Of a DNA stretch of 64,000 nucleotides, positions 55,385 to 64,000 are shown piece after piece. The position numbers were made by a program, and so were the translations under genes. Origin of the DNA: the human T2T-CHM13v2.0 reference genome, Homo sapiens; NCBI RefSeq assembly GCF_009914755.1, contig NC_060926.1. One strand, written 5' to 3'. The number at the start of each line of letters is the position of its first letter. Positions within the stretch are counted from its first letter, which is position 1. Under the pieces are notes generated by a model, which saw nothing but the letters and a program-made list of their open reading frames with translations, was not told the DNA's origin and did not search any database.

Positions 55385-57099
55385 GCCATCCTGTTACATG
55401 TGCAGGATTCCTTCCCTGCTGTATTTCTTGGCACTGCCTGAGGTGTGAGCTGCCCCACTGCAGGGCAATTAACTCTGACAAATAGAAATGGGGAGGGGGG
55501 CTCATGGCTTCACATCAAGAGAAGAGGCCACCCAGTGCTCAAAAAGTATCAAAACTTTTCGCTGCTTAGCAGAGGAGTGTGCTTGTCACTAGCAGCTCAG
55601 GTTTCTGCCATGCAGCCTGGGCATTTCCATACCAGCCCGGTAAACACATCAGAACCAGATGCTGCTGCTGCTGCTGTAGGCTTCTACCTAGGAGGAAGGT
55701 GAAGGGGAAATATCCCAAGCCAGGGACTTGAAGTTCATTGTTCCAAACACTCCTTGTGTCCTGAAGAGCTAAACTATGGGACAATGAGCAGAGATGACCT
55801 ACATCAAGATGAACTGCTGGCTCCTCCAAGTGCCCAGCTGCCTAGCCTGCCTGCTTCATGGTGACTAAAGAATCCCTACTAACTGCCCCCTCCTTTCTTC
55901 TCATGGACTGCAGCAGAAATTTATTCCCTTCCTCCCTCCAGGCCTCTTCCTCCTATCCCAGAATGAACAGGGACTTCCATTTGGGATAAGAAGGGGTGTC
56001 AATCAAGAGGCAAGGAGGGTTGGCAAATCATCTTCAGTAATAAATAAACCCAGCTACACAGTAGCCTTTACACCAATATACCGTTCTCAGTAACCTTTTC
56101 TTTTCAGTCACTTAGCTTATGACAAGCTAAAGGCATTTCAACCCATGAGCAAAAAGAAAATTCAAAACATAGGCCCAATTCCTTCTTTCTCTTTGCTGCC
56201 TGGGTTCCCCATTCTTCATTTCCTCACCTTCCAAACATCCCAATAGCCATTACCCCATCTGAAGAATTAAAACACTTGTTCCTTAAAATCGTCTAGGGTC
56301 TGCCGGATTATCAGAGTAATTGAAGACAGAAAGCACCCCTGCTCCATCCCAATTCTGCATCCAAACCAAGTACCATATATTGTGTAACCACCATCATCAG
56401 TTACACTTTGCGTAACTTGGCAGAGCCAGAAAGGAAGACTCCATTATTTACCAGCAGTAGCAATAAACTTTCTGAGAAAAATAAGTTCAACATTGACCAT
56501 GAATACCTACTGGAGAACTCTTTGAAAACATTACCTGTTTTTTTTTAACCTCCTATTTTGGGGAAGGAGTGCGGTAAAAATATTAGGTAGCAGAATTTTA
56601 AAACAGCTTGATTACCTCATTTGGGTTTGGAGTCCTCAACTCCAGTCATTAGTAATAAAGTCATTAATAGTCATAATTGGTATTTAATTGCTTGATCTGA
56701 TTGGTGCTTTATTCCTGATTCCATTTAGTTTCATGGAGAGGTACAGGTGGTGCAGTCAGTAAACGGAAGCCAGCCATTTGCAGGCAACTTTTCAAGCATA
56801 AGGGAAAGTACTTTTGTTATATTTGCAGACATGTGTCTCACACATTTCCCCCCTGCTTTTGGTAAACTATCTAAGAATAAACATTACAGATCTGGGCTTT
56901 AATTTCTCCAGATGGGATCATAAAGTACCTAGGAGGTGTGTGTGTATATATATGTGATATAGAATTGAGGTCACATGGCTGCTGTTCACACTGCAAGTCA
57001 AAAAGAAACTCAATGCTCAATGCGAACGCAGAAAGAACTCAACAACTGAACCGCCAGTGGAATCCAGTATCTGGGCAAGTTCACTTTATTCCTTCGCAG

Positions 57100-59220
57100 G
57101 AAGAGGGTCAGCGACGGCCAGCGAAAGTTTCCCCCGCTCTTTGAAGAGGGAGGTGACAAGACCTGCCAGACCTTCCCACGCGCGGGCCGCCTGGGTTCTG
57201 GGGCTTTCGTGACGTCTTCCCTCATCGCGCTCCCCACCCCCGAACACACACACACAGACACACACACACACACACTCTTCCTTGCTCGGGAAACTTGGCT
57301 TCAACCTGGCTCCCCCTTTCAAAACCCCCTGGAGAACTTCCCCTGCAGGGATGCCCTGCGCCCGCCGGCTGCGCCCTCCCTCTCCTCAGCCCTGCTCCTC
57401 CTGTCCGCTCCCCGGCGTTCTGGACTCACCCGGCACGGTCCTTCCATTCCACATACAGACAGGAAACCGGCCTCTTCGGGACAACATTTGAAACCACATT
57501 TTATCAACATCATCAAAGACCAGAGCACACACTTCGGGCTCTGAGCTCTGGAGCCCGCTTCTTGCAGAAAACCGGGTATGGGGGAAGGGCTGCAGGGGCG
57601 AGAAATCCTGCTTCCAACTGCGATTTCAGCTTTCTTATGGAAATGAACGCGACGGCCCGTTCGCCCCGAGCCTCCCTCCCGTTCCCAGCCCCTCTTCAGC
57701 TTACCCTTTCCTCCCGCTAACCCCCGCCCTCCCGGTCCCCGAGTTCCCGCGGCGGCCAGGCTGGTGGGGACGCACTCGCTCTGCGCCCGGGTCTCGGCGC
57801 GCGCGGAAACCCAGGCCGCGGGCTCCCCTCCGCCCCGCCGGCCCGCGTGCAGCATTAAATATTCATAGGGATGCTACTTTCTTAAAGGAGAACCTACCGC
57901 GCGGGAAAGTTCACAGCCAAGGAGAGGCACAAAAGAAGGTCTCCGCGCTGGTTCTCAAGGGCGAGGAGACGCATCCCTTCTTGACAGTGCGCCTCCAGAC
58001 TGGCATTAAGGAGAGGACTAGGGAATGGGATCACCTATCGTCAAGTCACTTATTTTAGAGGGGTTTGGAGAAGAGGTGAACTTGGTGGTGGAGAGAAAGC
58101 GCGCTCCCTAATCACCTGTTAAACAGTTATTTTAAAATTAGCTGTCGCATCTGACGCCCTAGGGTCCCCAAGGGCCTTTTCATAAGGGAGTCTGTTTAAC
58201 TTCACTGGCTTTGGGAGCGAGAAAGTTTGCCCTTTGTTTCTGGAAACACGCCCACGCAGTACGCTTAGGTAACCTTACACTGAACAATTTCCTTGGAGCG
58301 GCTAAAACCGCAACAACCAAACTTGCACCTGCGCCATTCTCTTAAAAACAGGGCAGCGGCTGTGAGCGCTGGGCCGGTAAGTAAGGGCAGAGAAAGGGGC
58401 TGTCGTGTGCGTCCCAGCTCTCCGACCCGCACGTCCGGGACCCCTTTCCGCCCGCGCACCGCGGTCACTTGCAGCCGGCGCTGGCTGCTTGAGCCCGCGG
58501 CCGGGTCGCCCGGCTTCTCTCCGGGAGAGTGGCCAGGGCCTAGGCGCTCGCTCAAGAGGGAGAGCGAAGGGAAAAGAAGAAAGTTCTCCGCCGGCCGCGC
58601 GCAGCTCCTCCCGTGAGCGCGCCCCAGCCCTGGGCCGGCCCGACCCGACCCGCGACGGGGCCACGCGTAGTGCCAGGCAACTCCTGTGCCCTGTGGCCAG
58701 CCCCGCGCGCGCACTCGCACTCACACACACTCATACTCACACCCCACGGTTCTTTTTGTTCCGGGCCAGGAGCACTTTCACAAGTGGTTAGAAAGTCTTG
58801 GGCGCCATCTAACGGGAGCAGCAAAAAGTTGACGCTGGGTGGAGGTTAGGCCCGACAGGAGCCCAGGATGGGCGGAGGAGATCCTCTCTCCCACTCTCTG
58901 CACTCCTGGGTCTTGACCCCCTGCTTCCCAATTACCACCACCAAAAACATACACACACACTCGAGAACTGAGGGGCCTCCGGAAACCTCCTTGCCCAGGG
59001 CCTGAGGGCAGCCCTGACTGCCCGCTCGGGGACCCTCCCCTGAGCCCCAGCCTTGCATGCCTTCGGGCGTTCCCTAAGGCGCACAGAAGAGGAAGGATCG
59101 TTTTGCGCCTGTCTTAATACGGACCCGGTGTCATGCAAGCTCTCGCTGGTTTTCCTTTGGCCTGTGATGGAAAGTCCGAAGAGGCCCGAGGCAGGCGCAC
59201 CTGCTTCTGGAAAGGAACAG
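57100..59220. promoter_or_regulatory. CpG island (likely LINC01159 promoter)
   Basis: CpG-rich block containing minus-strand splice donors. Confidence 0.75.
57430..57570 (-). ncRNA. LINC01159: Probable first exon of downstream lncRNA LINC01159
   Basis: Minus-strand donor CGG|GTGAGT (actcac at 57424-57429) at the edge of a CpG island. The identity comes from recalled locus order only. Confidence 0.35.
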
Positions 59221-59994
59221 CCACGCAATTAAGGAGTCTGCAGCCAGAGGGGCTTTTAGAGGAGAGAGAGGGAGTTCAAAGAGGATAATGGCAAGGAAGC
59301 AATTGAGGACTTGGTCCAGCAGTGGCCCCAGGAGAGCTGAAACCTGCGGGTCTCCTGGGAGGAAGGGGTAGTGTCCTGAAGAACTGTCCTGGGGATTGGG
59401 AGCTGCTGTTTGGAGGACCATGACCAGTGGTGAAGCCCAGGAGAGACCTCTGGAGAGGACAAAGGAAGTTGGACACAGGACAAAGGCACCGGAGGGACTC
59501 ACCCATCCAGAGGGACTGGAGCTTGAGGAGGCGCAGGCCTCCCCGCCAGGGTTCCCAGCCACCGTGAGAGCCAGTGGTCATGGGAGGTAATCGGGAACAT
59601 GCACTCCTGTTGGATTAGGAGAACTGGGTGGAGTCTGAGAAGCTAGCAGAATGGGAGTGCCCCTGGCCAGATGTGAAAGCAGGAGAAGGAGGAGAGGTGC
59701 CAGTAAGGCCCAAACCTCTTCTCCTCTGACCCCACAGCTGCCATTGGCCCTGGAGTTGAACAGTGTGGGGGACCTATCTTTATGCCTTCAAGCAAAGGGT
59801 GAGGCATCCGGAAGTAGCTGGGCAGGTGGCTGATTGCAGGGGAAGATGATAGATCTCACCAGTCCAGGCTCAAAACTGTTAGAGGACTGAGGCCTTCTAT
59901 CTGTCTTCCTGTGTTTATACGCAGATTAGAATACCTATTCTTTCTCCGTCACAAATGTTATGGAGGTAGAACACGATGTCAGATGTTCAAAACA

Positions 59995-60760
59995 CTTTTT
60001 TATAGTAGTAAAATATGTATGACATATAATTTACCATTTTTACCCTTTTATGTGCATAGTTCAGGGCATTAAGTACATTTACATTGTTGTGCAACCATCA
60101 CCATCATCCATCTCCAGAAGTTTTTTTATCTTACAGATCTGAAACTCGCTACTCATTAAGTAATAATTATAATTCCCATTTTCCCCTGCCCCCAGCCCTT
60201 GGCAACCACCATTCTACTTTCTGTCTCTAGGAATCTGACTACTCTAGGGACCCCATATTAGTGGAATCACACAATACTCATCTTTTTGTGACTGGCTTCT
60301 TTCACTTAACATCTTCCAGGTTCATCCATGTTGTAGCATGTAGCAGAATTTCCTTCCCTTTTAGGGCTGAATAAGACCCCATTGTGTGTATTTACTACAT
60401 TTGGTTTACCCATTCATCTGTCCCCGGACACTTGAGTTACTTCCACCTTTTGGCCATTGTGAATGATGCTGCTGTGAATATGGGAGTGCAAATATCTCTT
60501 GAAGTTCTTGCTTTCCATTCTTTTCAGCGTGTACCCAGAAGTAGAATTGCTGAATCATAAGGTAATTTTCTTTTTTGTTTTTTGAGGAACTTCCATAGTT
60601 TCCCCCAGAAGCAGCACCATTTTTCATTACCATCAGCTATGCACAGGAGTTTTAATTTCTCCACATTCTCACCAACACACCAACACTTGTTATTTTTTGT
60701 TTCTTTAGTAACAGCCATCCCAGTTGGTGTGAAGTGATATCTCATTGTGGTTTTGAAACA
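59995..60760 (-). mobile_element. L1MB-type LINE 3' fragment
   Basis: gcattaagtacatttacattgttgtgcaaccatcacc...ggttcatccatgttgtagcatg...gatatctcattgtggttttga, characteristic of an L1M 3' end. Confidence 0.85.
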
Positions 60761-60816
60761 TTTTTTTTTTAAAGAGCAAATGTACAAATACAATGAAATA
60801 AGACTTGGCAAATTAG

Positions 60817-61286
<470 letters not shown>

Positions 61287-62830
61287 TGATTATGTTTAAG
61301 CCCCTGGTTCTAATCAGAAGCTGGAAGTTCAAAGGGCTATATTATTAGTGAGTGCTCTTCCTTTCTTTATTTCTAGAAAGTAACCAGAGAGTCACCCTCT
61401 CTTAAGTGTAGAAGACAGAAAAAAAATGTTCCTTGTCTTCTTCCTGGATTCCTTGCTGTATTCAAATTGAAATGGAAAGAAATACTAGTGCCTTAGACAT
61501 TGGCCATGTGGGTGATTGGTGGAAATCTTTGAAGTCCTTTTTCCTAGAAAAGGGCTGAGTAATAGCCACTGTGCAAGCAGGAAGGCTGTCATTCCATGCC
61601 TGGAATTCCCTGGTTTTGGAGCTCTCTCAGGGACAAAGTGCCCCTCTATCTCCTCACATGGCTGTATTTGCCATTACCCCACGCCAGGCTTACTTAGGAT
61701 TTATGTGTAGTGTATCTACAAAATGTTCTATGATCCTTTTTTCCCCTTTTTTATATTAGTCATTCCTTTTTATAGCCTGGGGAGACAGGTTTGTGTTTTT
61801 ATTTCCCACATTTTAAGTGAAAGTATCCAGAGTGGGCACAAAATAATAAATGTAAACGACTGTGGAGACGGGGTCGTGGCTGCGGCTCCCAGCTTGAGCT
61901 TTGACTTGGCGCATCGAACCACACTGTTTCTTTCATCTGACAGGATGGTTGGCACAGGCCAGAGATGAGAGAAACCAGAGCAGCAAGCCTTGGCAGAGAC
62001 CTCGACCTCCCTTCTGCCACCAGGCCAGCTTTGCCACTTGCTGAACCGCTAGAGCTCTGTGCTGCTTTCGCTCTTCAGGGTTCAGGGGGCTTGAAGGAAG
62101 GGGATTGGGAACACCCAGCACCTCAGTCTGGCCCTCCCCTGTAATTGCTCCATCTGCCCCCAAGGGAGAAGGGTGAACTGCACATCAGGAGTACCATAAC
62201 TTAAGACAAAAGGAAAAATCATGACTGTGGTATACACACACACACACACACAGAGTCATTGCCTCTTCCCTTGTTAAAGCTACTTCCACAAGAAAGAGAA
62301 CCACACAAAAGGGTTATGTTTGGGGGCGCTGGGACCCGGAGACCCTCTCAGCTTTCTGAAAGGGCTTTGTAGTGCTTGGATCCAAGCCATTTGTTTCTAG
62401 AGAGAATCACGGTGGGTAGGAGCTTGCTTTTTCCATTTGCAATGGCTTATTAAGTATAAGCATCTCTCTTTCTCTCTTCTCTCTGTTTACTGAGCGATTA
62501 GCTCTCCCTCCAACTGACCCTGCCAGGGGAGATAGCCAAAGTGTATCCTTAACACACAGCTACCCTGCAAAATGCCCTTTCCATCAACCCAGAGACCACA
62601 GGCAGGACTCTGCAGTTCATTTTGGTGTCCTGTTTTTATATCAGTGGAGGATCTCCACTGATGGTGGAGTGTGCGCTAATGCCACCCATATTTACACAGC
62701 TCCATTCTAGTCACAGTGCAGAGAGAGTGGGACCTGGCTGAGACAGAGCCAAGAGAGTGATGTGTGCAGTGTGTGTGGCCTGGCTGGGAGGCCACAGTCT
62801 CTGGGCTCAATTGCCATCACTGATTCTTTT

Positions 62831-63138
62831 ATTTTCTTTTTTTCTTTTTTTTTTTTTTTTTGAGACGGAGTCTCACTCTGTCGCCAGGCTGGAGTGCAGT
62901 GGCACAATCTTGTCTCACTGCAACCTCCGACTCCCGATTCCAGGGATTCTCCTGCCTCAGCCTCCTGAGTAGCTGGGATTACAGGCACACACCACCACGC
63001 CCAGCTAATTTTTGTATTTTTAGTAGAGACGGGGTTTCACCATGTTGGCCAGGATGATCTCAATCTCCTGACCTCATGATCCGTCCTCCTCGGCCTCCCA
63101 AAGTGTTGGGATTACAGGCGTGAGCCACCACGCCCAGC
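62831..63138 (-). mobile_element. AluS (Sc-like) SINE
   Basis: Reverse Alu; TSD cactgattctttt on both sides. Confidence 0.95.
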
Positions 63139-64000
63139 CACTGATTCTTTTCTAAGCTGTACAATGACCCTTCTTCCCACAGAATACTGTCCTTCCTGTC
63201 CTCATGGGAAGAAGGACAGGTTCCTTCACCCTCCTGGATGCTGGCAGTTAAGTAATCTGGGAACTTGTAAGCAGGACAGACTAACCAGAAACTGGCTGAT
63301 TAGTAGCTGGTTGCCTGGCTGAATTGGCTGGTTTCTAGTAGGTCAGCTTGGTGGAAGGACAGATCAGCTGTGCTAGCAGACCGAGCCTTAATCAGCCAGA
63401 TTCTAAAGGTCAGAGTGGAAACAAAAATCATGCAATTTACCCAAATTTTAGAGACTGAATTCAATTGTAGGATTTGGTCTGGAAATAAGAATGAATTATT
63501 TTCAATGGAGTGGATCCTTTTTTCCTCCCTGCCAGTTTCTCTACTATGCTATAGAGAAAGCCTAAGATATATCATTGATATTGTTATAGAAATATTGTCT
63601 ACCTGCACGTACTACAGTATAGGCTGTAATGAAATAATTAAATCGAACTACTTTCAACCTTCTGCATATTCTCAATGGAAGCTTGGTGCTTTTATTCCAC
63701 ATTATGCTTTTGTGAAAAGGCTGCACTCTTACTATTCTAGTTAGAATTACTGTGTGACTGTTATATTTATTGTATGAATTTAGTGTTATTTAACACTTGG
63801 TAGACTACAAGGCTGGGGCAAATCCTGCATACAGAAGTTGGCATCTTGCCTGAGGGTTGGGATTATTTAATCTGCCAGTCACCCCATCCTTACCACCTCC
63901 TGGTGAAGAATAAACTTCTCCGGTGGAATTACTGAGGGGGGTGTTTCTGGGTGGGTGGCAAAGGTAGATTGGAGCTCTGTGCTCTGTTTGGTCCTGAGAG

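Overview
Primate (most likely human) genomic DNA containing the neural/kidney class III POU transcription factor gene POU3F3 (BRN1; single-exon CDS 40692-42194, + strand, 500 aa). It sits in a cluster of CpG islands spanning about 27.5-59 kb. From recalled locus knowledge, supported by matching minus-strand splice donors, the divergent lncRNA PANTR1/LINC01158 runs leftward from about 36.6-38.4 kb and LINC01159 lies downstream on the minus strand. The flanks carry Alus, old L1/L2/MIR/MaLR fragments and a 1.8-kb in-register (GGT/GAT)n array. The central ~44 kb has no Alu that I could find. The most striking unexplained structures are: (1) a non-Alu 107-bp inverted repeat, 104/107 complementary, at 54225-54331 and 55278-55384, with one arm inside a candidate minus-strand exon; (2) a stop-free 184-codon in-frame extension upstream of the POU3F3 AUG with clustered near-cognate starts; (3) a possible 5'-leader intron that would turn a uORF into a 94-aa signal-peptide-like microprotein; (4) complementary GGC/GCC tracts bracketing the CDS. 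Nearly all other ORFs in the track are GC-content or repeat artefacts.
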